NCBI GenBank assembly: GCA_013285825.1
Contig: JABDGV010000001.1
Coordinates: 167,242 to 231,241, forward strand
DNA from: Bacteroidota bacterium
GTDB lineage: Bacteria; Chlamydiota; Chlamydiia; Chlamydiales; FEN-1388
Length of the DNA: 64,000 nt
Direction: 5' to 3'
The notes below the pieces were generated by a model. That model was not told where the DNA came from and made no database searches. It saw only the letters and a list, made by a program, of their open reading frames with translations. Of this stretch, positions 1-8,965 are shown piece after piece; positions within the stretch are counted from its first letter, which is position 1, and each line of letters opens with the position of its first letter. Position numbers and translations under genes: made by a program.

Positions 1-662
1 CTATTGCAAGCTACATGATTGCTTTTGGGCTAGGAATTACCCTTGCAAACCTCATTAGCGGGCTTCCGATTAACACTATGGGCATATATGAGGGAAGTTT
101 GCTTGATCTTATTACACTTTATTCGGTAACAGTCGGAATCTATATTACACTACTCTTAATGGTCCATGGGGGCCTGTATCTCAATATGAAAACAGAGGGG
201 ATGCTGCAAGAGCGTGTGCAAAAGATCCTCTATAACCTCTTAACTCTTTTTGTAGCCTTCTGGGCTATTATTACCCACATGACATTGGTTTTTGCTCCAA
301 ACGTTGCCGATATCATCAGGTCCAGCAACCTCTTTTTCATTAATGAAATCGTGGCCATCTGCGGGCTAGCAGCCATCGTGACCAATCTTCGCAAGGGCAA
401 TGCAGGCAGAGCTTTTTTAAGTTCGTTCATATTCATTGCGTCACAGGTTGCAAATTTTGCACTCGGCACCTTCCCCTATATTGTCCGTTCAACTCTAACA
501 GACTCAGCTTCAATGACCATCTACAACTCCTCGGCATCCGACCTTACGATGCACATCCTTTTAGGTATAGCTCTCTTAGGCATACCCCTGATTGTTTTCT
601 ATGGCCTCTACACCTACCGAGTCTTTCGTGGAAAGGTTACTCTCGACTCCATGAGCTATTGA
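1..662 (+). CDS. cydB: cytochrome bd ubiquinol oxidase subunit II, C-terminal part (5' end outside window)
   Basis: The reading frame is open to the left window edge (no stop between nt 3 and the ATG at 15). The protein is entirely multi-TM and ends ...FYGLYTYRVFRGKV, a C-terminal pattern I associate with CydB/AppB. Confidence 0.7.
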   Translation, partial: IASYMIAFGLGITLANLISGLPINTMGIYEGSLLDLITLYSVTVGIYITLLLMVHGGLYLNMKTEGMLQERVQKILYNLLTLFVAFWAIITHMTLVFAPNVADIIRSSNLFFINEIVAICGLAAIVTNLRKGNAGRAFLSSFIFIASQVANFALGTFPYIVRSTLTDSASMTIYNSSASDLTMHILLGIALLGIPLIVFYGLYTYRVFRGKVTLDSMSY

Positions 663-678
663 TTTTTAACAAAAAAAA

Positions 679-766
679 ATTCAACGCAAAGACGCTAAGG
701 CGCAAAGAAAACAACCCAGAAAAAGATTGAGAATTATATTTTTCTTTTTCTCTTTGCGTTGAATTC
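679..766. repeat. Imperfect palindrome, family 1 (CGCAAAGA-octamer arms), between convergent stops; probable bidirectional terminator
   Basis: Left arm TTCAACGCAAAGACGCTAAGGCGCAAAGAAAA. Right arm ...TCTCTTTGCGTTGAATTC is its partial reverse complement. It sits between the cydB stop (662) and the glycosyltransferase stop (773). Confidence 0.7.
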
Positions 767-772
767 TTTTGA

Positions 773-1897
773 TTACGTAATGAGCGCAATAAGCTTAGCG
801 AGCTGATTTTGGAAATCAAGATGTTGGACTGAATTTCGTATATCAAGCGCACGTTGAGGATTTTTAGTAAAAGAGCGACTTTTCAAAATACACTCTGCCA
901 ACTGTTCAGGGTTTTGAAGGTCATTAAAGACAAACCCAGTCTGGCCTGTCTGAAGAACTTCGGAGCCTCCATTGTCAGCTGAGCTTATAACAAAACAGCC
1001 CATGGCAAGTGCTTCAACGGTAACGTTTGCAAAAGGGTCATACATAGAAGGAATGACGCACACATCGGCAACAGAATAAAACCGCCATGCATCAGACCTT
1101 TTTCCATAAAAATGAATCTGAGATGACAACCCAAGTGAATGAGCAAGACCCTTAAACTCGTTTTCATGTCTGTCAGAGCCCACAACCATGAGCTCAATAT
1201 CTTTTGGAGATGCTTTTAGGGCGTTTAAAAGAAGACCTAAGCCTTTTCTCTTCCATTCATGGCCAATGAAGAGGAGTTTGAAGCTCTCTTTTTGAAGCCC
1301 AAGTTCAGACAAAAGAGCATCGCGGGCAGAAAATGAGTCCTCAAAAGGCTTTTTGAGTTCATTCCACTCAACGCCATTGTGGATAACCTTTATCTTATCT
1401 TTCGTGACTTTGGGATAATAGGCTTCGATTTCACGCTGTACAAGGTGGGAGTTAACAATCAAACATCTAAGCTCTGGCGATTCAAATGTTCTCTTTTCGC
1501 AATCGAGAATAAATCTATGGAGAGGATTTATAGCGTAGGTAAGTCTTTTCCAAAATGGGTCTGTAGCTTTTCTACGCTCTAAATAGGCCTTATGACACCC
1601 GTTTCCTGCCCTATAATGAGTTTGTAGACAGGTATTTCGAAAGAACCCAAAAACTATGTCTGGATTATTTTTATCTATATATTTTTTACATGCGCGATCA
1701 AAAGAAAGAAGTTGAAGAAGGCTCAACTTATAGCTTGGACATATTGCATGCACATTCGATTCAGAATTTTGAGGCTTGCCAAAGCCTAAAAGAGCGACTT
1801 CATCGCCTCGTTGAGACAAGGCGTGAGCGATTCTCCTGCAGTACTTTTCAAGGCCGCCCTTGCCATCTAAAGAGCCTTTCAGGATTGAGACTTTCAA
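773..1897 (-). CDS. GT-B fold glycosyltransferase (family 1/4, LPS-core/WaaG-like)
   Basis: 374 aa. The C-terminal half has the typical GT4 pattern ...FYGKRSD...ADVCVIPSMYDPFANVTVEALAMGCFVISS... (EX7E-type motif). Confidence 0.8.
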   Translation of the reverse strand: MKVSILKGSLDGKGGLEKYCRRIAHALSQRGDEVALLGFGKPQNSESNVHAICPSYKLSLLQLLSFDRACKKYIDKNNPDIVFGFFRNTCLQTHYRAGNGCHKAYLERRKATDPFWKRLTYAINPLHRFILDCEKRTFESPELRCLIVNSHLVQREIEAYYPKVTKDKIKVIHNGVEWNELKKPFEDSFSARDALLSELGLQKESFKLLFIGHEWKRKGLGLLLNALKASPKDIELMVVGSDRHENEFKGLAHSLGLSSQIHFYGKRSDAWRFYSVADVCVIPSMYDPFANVTVEALAMGCFVISSADNGGSEVLQTGQTGFVFNDLQNPEQLAECILKSRSFTKNPQRALDIRNSVQHLDFQNQLAKLIALIT

Positions 1898-3156
1898 TGA
1901 GTTGCTTCCTCAACAACAATTTTTCCAGAAGTGATCTTGGGATTTAAATTCAAAGGGGCATCTTTGCCAGCATACACCACAAATCTCTGCATGTACTCTC
2001 TGAATAAGTTTCTAAAATAGAGTTCTCGTTCTGTCTGATGCTTTTGAAGTACTTGAGACTGAGCTGAAGTAGTATCCTGGGTATGTTCGGTAGACATCAG
2101 CTTCGCAACATAGAGATCTTCAAGTTGATGGGGGTCTACAAAATCAACGTCCCAACTTAAGGTTTCATTATCTCGAATAACTTCTGGAGCTATGATTACT
2201 ATCTCTAAACGGTCTCGAACGATATCTAAAAATAGTCGGCTCACATCACTAGAATAAAAAGTACCGGACAGTAAAAACTCCTCATTTTGCATTTCAAGGA
2301 GGCCGCCAAGGCTCAATGGAAGAGTTTTTTGATTAACGTCAGCTATACTTGATAAAGGGTAGAACACCCTCACTGGAATCGATCGGTCAAGAGGAAGCAA
2401 TTCCTTGCGCAAGAAATCGATTCTAAGATGGCGAGCTTCAGGACCATTGATTTCCTGCTTTAGATTATTCAGAAAGGGAATTTGCACCTTCTTCCACGCA
2501 TCTGGCACAAAATAGCTCACCTCATCACTATCGCTTCCTTCATCAATTCTAAGCTGATCAAGATCCGCTTTAGTAATGTTGCTCAAATCAAACACAAGTT
2601 CGATTCCCTTTTCCTGCAGCTTTCGCACATCATCTTCAGGGCCTGAAACAATATGTGTTAACTTATGCGGCCAAACGTCAAGAAACTGATATCCATCTGG
2701 AGAATCTCCTCGAGGCGGCAAAATAAATACAGGAATCTTTTCTGTAATGAGAGGGCATATTTGAACAATAAGCTCTCCGTGAGAGACTTGAGATACATTG
2801 CGCATCAGGTCAATATCGGGATTCAAGCTCACAAGGTTTTTCTTGCCGACATGCACAATCCAATCATCGTTTTTATCTGCAGCATCGATAACAACTTCAA
2901 AATCTTGTGTTTCCAATCGATCGATAACATCACGAGTTCCAGTGAGCGTAAGTGTGATTCTTCTGTCTAGAATATTGTTTGGCATTAAACCGCGAATAGT
3001 CTTATCGGTTGGAACGTTGACAACACGTATGGGTACTCTTGTAAATACTCTTGTCGAGGTGATGGACTTATTCACAACTGCCCAAATCAGAATAGCAGCA
3101 AGGAGTGCGAAAACCTTGTGCTGAAAGTTTGAAGTAATTGCGTTCTTTAAGCCCAT
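1894..3156 (-). CDS. ybbR: YbbR-domain protein (CdaR-like regulator of diadenylate cyclase)
   Basis: 420 aa with an N-terminal TM helix (FALLAAILIWAVVN) followed by beta-rich repeats. It lies directly downstream of cdaA on the same strand, the conserved cdaA-ybbR arrangement. It overlaps the next gene by 4 nt. Confidence 0.65.
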   Translation of the reverse strand: MGLKNAITSNFQHKVFALLAAILIWAVVNKSITSTRVFTRVPIRVVNVPTDKTIRGLMPNNILDRRITLTLTGTRDVIDRLETQDFEVVIDAADKNDDWIVHVGKKNLVSLNPDIDLMRNVSQVSHGELIVQICPLITEKIPVFILPPRGDSPDGYQFLDVWPHKLTHIVSGPEDDVRKLQEKGIELVFDLSNITKADLDQLRIDEGSDSDEVSYFVPDAWKKVQIPFLNNLKQEINGPEARHLRIDFLRKELLPLDRSIPVRVFYPLSSIADVNQKTLPLSLGGLLEMQNEEFLLSGTFYSSDVSRLFLDIVRDRLEIVIIAPEVIRDNETLSWDVDFVDPHQLEDLYVAKLMSTEHTQDTTSAQSQVLQKHQTERELYFRNLFREYMQRFVVYAGKDAPLNLNPKITSGKIVVEEATH

Positions 3157-3173
3157 ATTATTCTCTTTTTATT

Positions 3174-3992
3174 CTAACTCTCGCGCCAGGAGCGAAACCA
3201 GTCGTAGAGAGCTGATCGAACACCGCCCTCACCTGCAGGCGCTGTAAAAATACTTCTAATAATTCCCTTGAAGCGGTCAGCTTTCACACCTCTCGTCATG
3301 ATCCCATCGCGAGCAATCGAGACCTTGCCTGACTCTTCTGAAACAACAATAGAGAGGGCATCGGAGTGCTGGGTAATACCAAGAGCTGCTCTATGCCGTG
3401 TTCCCATCGATCGAGTAATCTGCCCCGAATCATCGGCTAAAGGAAGAATCACTGCCGCTGCAACGATTGTAGTTCCCCGAATAATGACAGCGCCATCATG
3501 TAAAGGCGAAGTCTGTGCAAAAATCGACTCAATAAGCTCTGAGGTAAACTGAGCATGAAGGAGAACCGCCTTGTTTGCATATTCATCCAAGGAATCTTGA
3601 TTTTCGATTAAAATCAGTGCTCCAATACGTCTTTCCGCCATGCGGTAGACTGAATTAGACAATGCATCTAAAAAGCGATCAAATTCGGAGAGCTTTTCAT
3701 ATTTTTTGCCCTTAACGGAGAGCTTAGAAAGCGCTACACGTATCTCCGGCTGAAAAATAATTAAGATGGCGATTACGGCGGCGTTTACGAAGTTCCTCAT
3801 CAAGCTTTCAAGAACAGGAAAGTGAAGCCAGCTTGCAAGCATGAAAAGGGCGCAAAAGACAACAATTCCTAAGATCAAATCCATCGCCCGAGTATTCCAG
3901 AAAAAGGAAAAGAGGTAGTAGACGACAAAGGCAATCGCAACCACTTCTAAGGCCGGAATCAGGTAGGGCAGGACTAAAGAGAAAAAGTGCAT
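3174..3992 (-). CDS. cdaA: diadenylate cyclase (c-di-AMP synthase) CdaA/DacA
   Basis: Three N-terminal TM helices followed by a DAC domain with motifs LHDGAVII, GTRHRAALGITQHSDALSIVVSEESGKVSIA. Confidence 0.9.
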   Translation of the reverse strand: MHFFSLVLPYLIPALEVVAIAFVVYYLFSFFWNTRAMDLILGIVVFCALFMLASWLHFPVLESLMRNFVNAAVIAILIIFQPEIRVALSKLSVKGKKYEKLSEFDRFLDALSNSVYRMAERRIGALILIENQDSLDEYANKAVLLHAQFTSELIESIFAQTSPLHDGAVIIRGTTIVAAAVILPLADDSGQITRSMGTRHRAALGITQHSDALSIVVSEESGKVSIARDGIMTRGVKADRFKGIIRSIFTAPAGEGGVRSALYDWFRSWRES

Positions 3993-4049
3993 TCGCGATA
4001 CATACTTCTTAGATTAAACTTGCCTCACACCCTACCCTTTTTTCTCAAA

Positions 4050-4682
4050 CTATTCAAGTGGAAGCGGCAAATCTTGTTCAATAAGCATTTTAAAATAGTG
4101 AATATCATTCATAAATAAATCAGTATCAACATATTCTTCGTTTACAGATTCTAGAATAAGATCCTCTAGCTCTTTAAACATATCTGCCTTGCAATCACTC
4201 CAAGACGCTGGAAAGATAATTTTTGGCTCAAAAGGGCCAGAATATTTAATATTTAAAATTTTTTCTTTTATAACCCCTACTGCATTCATTGCAGTTTCTG
4301 ACATTTGTTTTACAATCGCTTTATTGAAGGTATTAATCTGTAACAAAATTAACCACTCAGACTGGGATTCGGTTTCGTTATGTAAAAATTCAAGAAGAGC
4401 AGCGTAGGCATTTTCATTTTCATAAATGGCATTAATGTTCCAACCTAGCTCCTGAGACTTACTATAATCTGTAGATTGTCCTGCTTGAATTTTCTTTTTT
4501 AATTCGGAAATTCTATCTCTGTTATTAGCGATGTTTTGGTCTTTGAGCCGACAATACTCTTCGACAAGATCCAGCTTGCTTAGAGAAGTTTTAGAAAAGA
4601 GCTCTTCTTCAAAAGGAAATTGAAGTTGATTAAGGCTATTTTCAACACAAACTTCACTATCCCTTTTTTTTACATGTAACAT
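4050..4682 (-). CDS. hypothetical protein (210 aa, acidic, helical)
   Basis: A long ORF fills the gap between cdaA and folP on the same strand. I recognise no motif. Confidence 0.5.
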   Translation of the reverse strand: MLHVKKRDSEVCVENSLNQLQFPFEEELFSKTSLSKLDLVEEYCRLKDQNIANNRDRISELKKKIQAGQSTDYSKSQELGWNINAIYENENAYAALLEFLHNETESQSEWLILLQINTFNKAIVKQMSETAMNAVGVIKEKILNIKYSGPFEPKIIFPASWSDCKADMFKELEDLILESVNEEYVDTDLFMNDIHYFKMLIEQDLPLPLE

Positions 4683-4716
4683 TTTAATCCAATTTTAATT
4701 TTGGATCTAAATGATA

Positions 4717-5508
4717 CTATACTTTCTGTATTTGCTGAAGGAGAATTCTAGCCTGAACATGAGGCTTTACATCGTGGACACGAATGAAATCTACGCCCTC
4801 AAGCATTAAGAAGCTGTCAACAGCAAGTGTTGGAAACAATGCCTCGTCAACAGAACATTCTGCAATCTTTCGGATAAATGTTTTTCTAGAAACTCCATAG
4901 AGCAAAGGGAACCCGAGGGACCTAAGTTGTTTTGCTGCACGAATCAACTTCAAATTATCTTCTAAGGATTTTCCAAAGCCAATCCCGGGATCTAAAATAA
5001 TATTTTTGGGATCGACTCCTTCACGAATCAAGAGATCAATCTGCCTCTTAAAAAAATCGCAAACTTCTACAACAACTCCTCTTGGATAGCTTGGCTCTTT
5101 TTGCATATCTTTAGGAATTCCCTGCATATGCATAACGACTACTCTACAGCCTGCAGATGCTGCAACTTTCCGCATCGCCTCGTCTTGAAACCCCGATATG
5201 TCATTGATTATTTCGACGCCAAACTCAATTGCCTTTACAGCCACTTCAGAACGCCTTGTATCTATCGATAAAGGTATAGAGATCTTGCCTTGCAATTCCT
5301 TTAGGATGGGAAGTACACGGCTCAACTCTTCATCAAGCGATACAAATTCAGCGCCAGGACGTGTTGACTCTCCCCCAATGTCGAGAATATCAGCACCCTC
5401 ATGCTGCTGCTTCAAAGCAAAAGCTACAGCTTGCTCAACATCTAATGCACGAGAAGGTGTAAAGAAAGAATCAGGTGTAGCATTCAATATGCCCATAATC
5501 TGCATCAT
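4717..5508 (-). CDS. folP: dihydropteroate synthase
   Basis: MGILNATPDSFF..., DILDIGGESTRPGA, IINDISG, DPGIGFGK: the canonical pterin-binding DHPS motifs. Confidence 0.9.
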   Translation of the reverse strand: MMQIMGILNATPDSFFTPSRALDVEQAVAFALKQQHEGADILDIGGESTRPGAEFVSLDEELSRVLPILKELQGKISIPLSIDTRRSEVAVKAIEFGVEIINDISGFQDEAMRKVAASAGCRVVVMHMQGIPKDMQKEPSYPRGVVVEVCDFFKRQIDLLIREGVDPKNIILDPGIGFGKSLEDNLKLIRAAKQLRSLGFPLLYGVSRKTFIRKIAECSVDEALFPTLAVDSFLMLEGVDFIRVHDVKPHVQARILLQQIQKV

Positions 5509-6092
5509 TGCGGGAATCCTACAACTCCCTCATAGCAGGCAAGAAGGTGCTGCACACCATTCATCGCTCGATGAGGTTTAGGCTCTGAGGCCAGTCCCAG
5601 CCTTGCAGCTATTTGGTCTTTGGAGACGGAAAAGCCCTTGTCGATATCTTCGGGTAAAACCCACTCACGTACAGCTCGCACCCAAAACATCGATGCTAAA
5701 TCAAGCCAGTGGTAGGGCCAATGCCTCTTTTCTTGCTCATATGTTGCAACGATTAAAGAAAAGAAGGCGCGATCAAACGAGGGATTTTGACAAATGAAAA
5801 GGGATTTACCGCGCTGAATGCCAACAGATGTGAAGAGTTCTATAATCTCTGAGCCAACTGCCCTCATATCCTTTGCATTATCAAGCTCTTGTTGTGTAAA
5901 CCCATTTATTGAAATTGCGCTTGGATCTCGTTTTGACCACTCTTCATTTGAAAGAGCAATGAGTGAACTATAGCTTGCGATTTTTGTGCCCTGACGCAGA
6001 TCAATTATGCTCAAAGCAATCTCTACAGGGCTATGCTTCCTGAAATCAAGACCTGTGGTTTCGATATCTAAAAAAATACCTTGCATACGCAT
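5505..6092 (-). CDS. DEDDh-type 3'-5' exonuclease (DnaQ/RNase T-like)
   Basis: Exo I motif IFLDIETTGLD, then NPSFDRAFF (Exo II) and HRAMNGV (Exo III, H-x4-D-like). The ORF track extends it to 6287. I prefer the start at 6092 (MRMQGIF...) because GGAGAAG lies directly upstream of it, whereas 6287 has no RBS. Confidence 0.6.
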   Translation of the reverse strand: MRMQGIFLDIETTGLDFRKHSPVEIALSIIDLRQGTKIASYSSLIALSNEEWSKRDPSAISINGFTQQELDNAKDMRAVGSEIIELFTSVGIQRGKSLFICQNPSFDRAFFSLIVATYEQEKRHWPYHWLDLASMFWVRAVREWVLPEDIDKGFSVSKDQIAARLGLASEPKPHRAMNGVQHLLACYEGVVGFPQ

Positions 6093-6269
6093 CTTCTCCG
6101 TAAGAGGGAGACTATACAGAGCAAAATATATGTGGCCAAGATAGATGTTGATGGCGCTGATTTGAAATAAACTCCCTATTTGATTATCCTGTTTGAACAT
6201 CTTTTTTGTAACGAGGGTATGCGTTCCAACCAGCTCTATTCCGTTCTGAAAGTTCAAGCCAAGCAATTT

Positions 6270-6635
6270 ATGGGAGCTCTTGCCCATTTAAAAATACGCT
6301 TACGCTATCCTTATGCCCTGCCTTCTGAAATTGGCAAAGCTCTAGGACTCGCTCTTGAAGATAACCTTTTATTCCCATCCCTATTAACCACTCTTTCAAA
6401 CCTGCAAAAACCTTGTTCGCTTTCTAGGTTTATGGCTCGAAGACAAGCTGAACACTGCTTTTGCAAAGCCTCACGTTGTGAACGCTTTACAACTTCATCT
6501 CTCTACTCTTTCCGCTTTAATGAAGGGTGGGTTGAATTCGAACTTCAGTTTGATGAAGAGGATAAGCTCCGCAGGCTTTTCCTCATTCATAATGAAATAA
6601 CGGATCAAGATCGCCTCGAAATCCCATTGAAATAG
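6270..6635 (+). CDS. hypothetical protein (about 121 aa; start uncertain)
   Basis: This is the only sizeable ORF in a gap of about 630 nt. The C-terminal half looks protein-like (FRFNEGWVEFELQFDEEDKLRRLFLIHNEI). There is no convincing RBS at any candidate start (6180 TTG, 6219, 6270). Confidence 0.3.
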   Translation: MGALAHLKIRLRYPYALPSEIGKALGLALEDNLLFPSLLTTLSNLQKPCSLSRFMARRQAEHCFCKASRCERFTTSSLYSFRFNEGWVEFELQFDEEDKLRRLFLIHNEITDQDRLEIPLK

Positions 6636-6711
6636 ATTAAACGCAAAGACGCTAAGACCCAAAGGCGCAAAGATCAAAAAATGAGTCTCTCTTTGCGTCT
6701 TTGCGTTTAAT
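6636..6711. repeat. Imperfect palindrome, family 1, between convergent stops
   Basis: TTAAACGCAAAGACGCTAAGACCCAAAGGCGCAAAGA...TCTCTTTGCGTCTTTGCGTTTAA. The outer 16 nt of the two arms are perfectly complementary. It sits between the stops at 6635 (+) and 6722 (-). Confidence 0.75.
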
Positions 6712-6721
6712 TTTCTCGCAA

Positions 6722-8965
6722 CTACTTTCGTAACTTATTAAGGGCAGAGCCGCTTTTGAACCACTCTATTTGCTGAGCATTATACGAATGGTGCAGCTCA
6801 ATGCTCTCTTGAGATCCATCTGAGTGAATAACATCGAGAAAGAGCGGCTTATGAGGTGCAAAATCTTTTAAGTTTCTAACCGATAAACGATCATCTTCCT
6901 TAAGGATATTATAATCTTGGCTGTGAGCAAATGTTAGAGCCAAAATCCCCTGTTTTTTCAAGTTTGTTTCATGAATTCGGGCAAAGCTTTTGACAATGAT
7001 TACTTTGGCTCCTAGATGTCGAGGCTCCATAGCAGCATGCTCGCGTGATGAGCCCTCTCCATAATTTTCATCTCCAATTGCAACCCAGTCAAGACCTGCT
7101 TGTTTATATGCTCGAGCAATCGAAGAAAAGGGCTCAATCTGATTATTTAAATGATTTATCCCTTTTCCAACCTCTTCCCGCAAGGCATTGACAGCGCCAA
7201 TAAAGAGATTATCGGAGATTCTATCCAAATGGCCTCGGTATTGCAGCCACTTGCCAGCAGGCGAGATATGATCTGTCGTGCACTTGCCCTGTACTTTTAC
7301 GAGAATCGGCATGTTCTCAAAATCCTTTCCATTCCACGCTAAAAAGGGCTGAAGCTCTTGAAGGCGTGTGCTTTTAGGATCAATGGATACATGTTTCACC
7401 TCTGTTGGAGGAATATAGCCAAAACTGCCCTGTTGAAAACCATTTTTTGGCAACTCTTCACCGGACGGAGGCTTGAGATAGATCTGCTCACCGTCGGGTG
7501 TGACTAAGGGATCTTTTTGAGGATCAAAACTCATTCGTCCCGAAAGTGCTAATGCTATAACGACTTCAGGGCTTGTAACAAAAGAGTGGGTTCCAGGATT
7601 TGCATCGTTTCGACCAGAAAAGTTTCGGTTGTAGGAGGTTAAAATGGTGTTCTTTTCACCATAAGCAACATCTTTCCTCTTCCACTGACCTATACAGGGA
7701 CCGCACGCATTTGCTAAAACCATGCCTCCAATAGCTTCAAGCGCCTCTAATTGGCCATCTCGTGCTATCGTCTGATGAATCTGTTCAGATCCAGGAGTAA
7801 TAGTTAAAGGACATTTGGCTTTTAAACCATGTTTTAGAGCCTGGCGTGCAATCGATGCTGCACGCTCGATATCTTCATAACTTGAATTTGTACAAGAACC
7901 AATGAGCGCAACTTTAATCTCATCGGGATATCCATGCTCTTTAACAGCCGATTTTAGTTCTGAAAGCTTCCACATGCGATCTGGAGAAAAGGGGCCGTTT
8001 ACACACGGCTCAAGCTCGCTTAAATTGATGGTTAAAACCTCATCAAAAAACCGTTCAGGCTCCTCTTTGACTTGACTGTCAGCCTGCAGCTCTTGGGCCA
8101 ATGGACGAGCTAAAGCTGCAACTTTCGCCCTCCCTGTAGCTTCAAGATAAACAGCCATCTTCTCATCGAAGGGAAAAATGGAAGTTGTAGCGCCAACTTC
8201 TGCACCCATATTGCAAATGGTTCCCTTGCCTGTGGCTGAGATTGTGCGCGCACCAGGGCCAAAATACTCAATCACCGCATCTGTTCCGCCCTTTACTGTA
8301 AGGATGCCTGCAACCTTCAGGATCACATCTTTGGGCGAGGTCCAGCCATGCATCTGACCTGTGAGCTTAACTCCAATGAGTTTTGGAACCTTTAACTCCC
8401 AAGGAAGAGAGGCCATAACATCGACAGCATCAGCACCGCCGACACCAATAGCAAGCATGCCAAGACCGCCTGCATTGGGCGTATGAGAATCGGTTCCGAT
8501 CATCATTCCACCAGGAAAGGCGTAGTTTTCCAAGAGCACTTGGTGAATAATGCCTGCTCCCGGCTGCCAGAAGCCGATCCCATATTTTGAAGAGACGGCT
8601 CTTAAAAAATCGTACACTTCTGCACTCTCTTTTAAAGAGCGCGTAAGGTCTGAATCTGCACCCACTTCCGCCTGAATTAAATGGTCGCAATGAACCGTTG
8701 TTGGAACGGCAACACGCGCTCTTCCTGATACCATCAACTGCAAAAGAGCCATCTGCGCAGTCGCATCCTGCATGCCGACTCGATCTGGACGGTATTCTGC
8801 ATAGCTTCTGCCACGAGAAATTTCATTGGCTTTAGGTGAATGCTGGTGAGCAAAGAGAATCTTTTCAGTGAAGGTCAAAGGTCTTCCTACAACTCTTCGA
8901 GCCTCCTCCACTTTTTGACGGTAGGTAGAATAGAGAGAAGTAATAAGATCCAAATCGAAAAGCAT
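6722..8965 (-). CDS. acn: aconitate hydratase (about 750-aa, mitochondrial-type architecture)
   Basis: MQDATAQMALLQ, GTDSHTPNAGGLG, GSCTNSSYEDI, ANACGPCIGQW, SYNRNFSGRND, GEGSSREHAA: Fe-S cluster and substrate motifs of the aconitase family. The 747-aa length matches the short (mAcn-like) form. Confidence 0.9.
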   Translation of the reverse strand: MLFDLDLITSLYSTYRQKVEEARRVVGRPLTFTEKILFAHQHSPKANEISRGRSYAEYRPDRVGMQDATAQMALLQLMVSGRARVAVPTTVHCDHLIQAEVGADSDLTRSLKESAEVYDFLRAVSSKYGIGFWQPGAGIIHQVLLENYAFPGGMMIGTDSHTPNAGGLGMLAIGVGGADAVDVMASLPWELKVPKLIGVKLTGQMHGWTSPKDVILKVAGILTVKGGTDAVIEYFGPGARTISATGKGTICNMGAEVGATTSIFPFDEKMAVYLEATGRAKVAALARPLAQELQADSQVKEEPERFFDEVLTINLSELEPCVNGPFSPDRMWKLSELKSAVKEHGYPDEIKVALIGSCTNSSYEDIERAASIARQALKHGLKAKCPLTITPGSEQIHQTIARDGQLEALEAIGGMVLANACGPCIGQWKRKDVAYGEKNTILTSYNRNFSGRNDANPGTHSFVTSPEVVIALALSGRMSFDPQKDPLVTPDGEQIYLKPPSGEELPKNGFQQGSFGYIPPTEVKHVSIDPKSTRLQELQPFLAWNGKDFENMPILVKVQGKCTTDHISPAGKWLQYRGHLDRISDNLFIGAVNALREEVGKGINHLNNQIEPFSSIARAYKQAGLDWVAIGDENYGEGSSREHAAMEPRHLGAKVIIVKSFARIHETNLKKQGILALTFAHSQDYNILKEDDRLSVRNLKDFAPHKPLFLDVIHSDGSQESIELHHSYNAQQIEWFKSGSALNKLRK

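Noticed and set aside
5505-6287. Full 260-aa version of the exonuclease ORF
   Set aside because: The first 65 codons lack an RBS, would overlap the divergent ORF, and precede the conserved Exo I motif by an unusually long hydrophobic stretch. The ATG at 6092 has GGAGAAG directly upstream. I kept the shorter model, but the longer one cannot be excluded.
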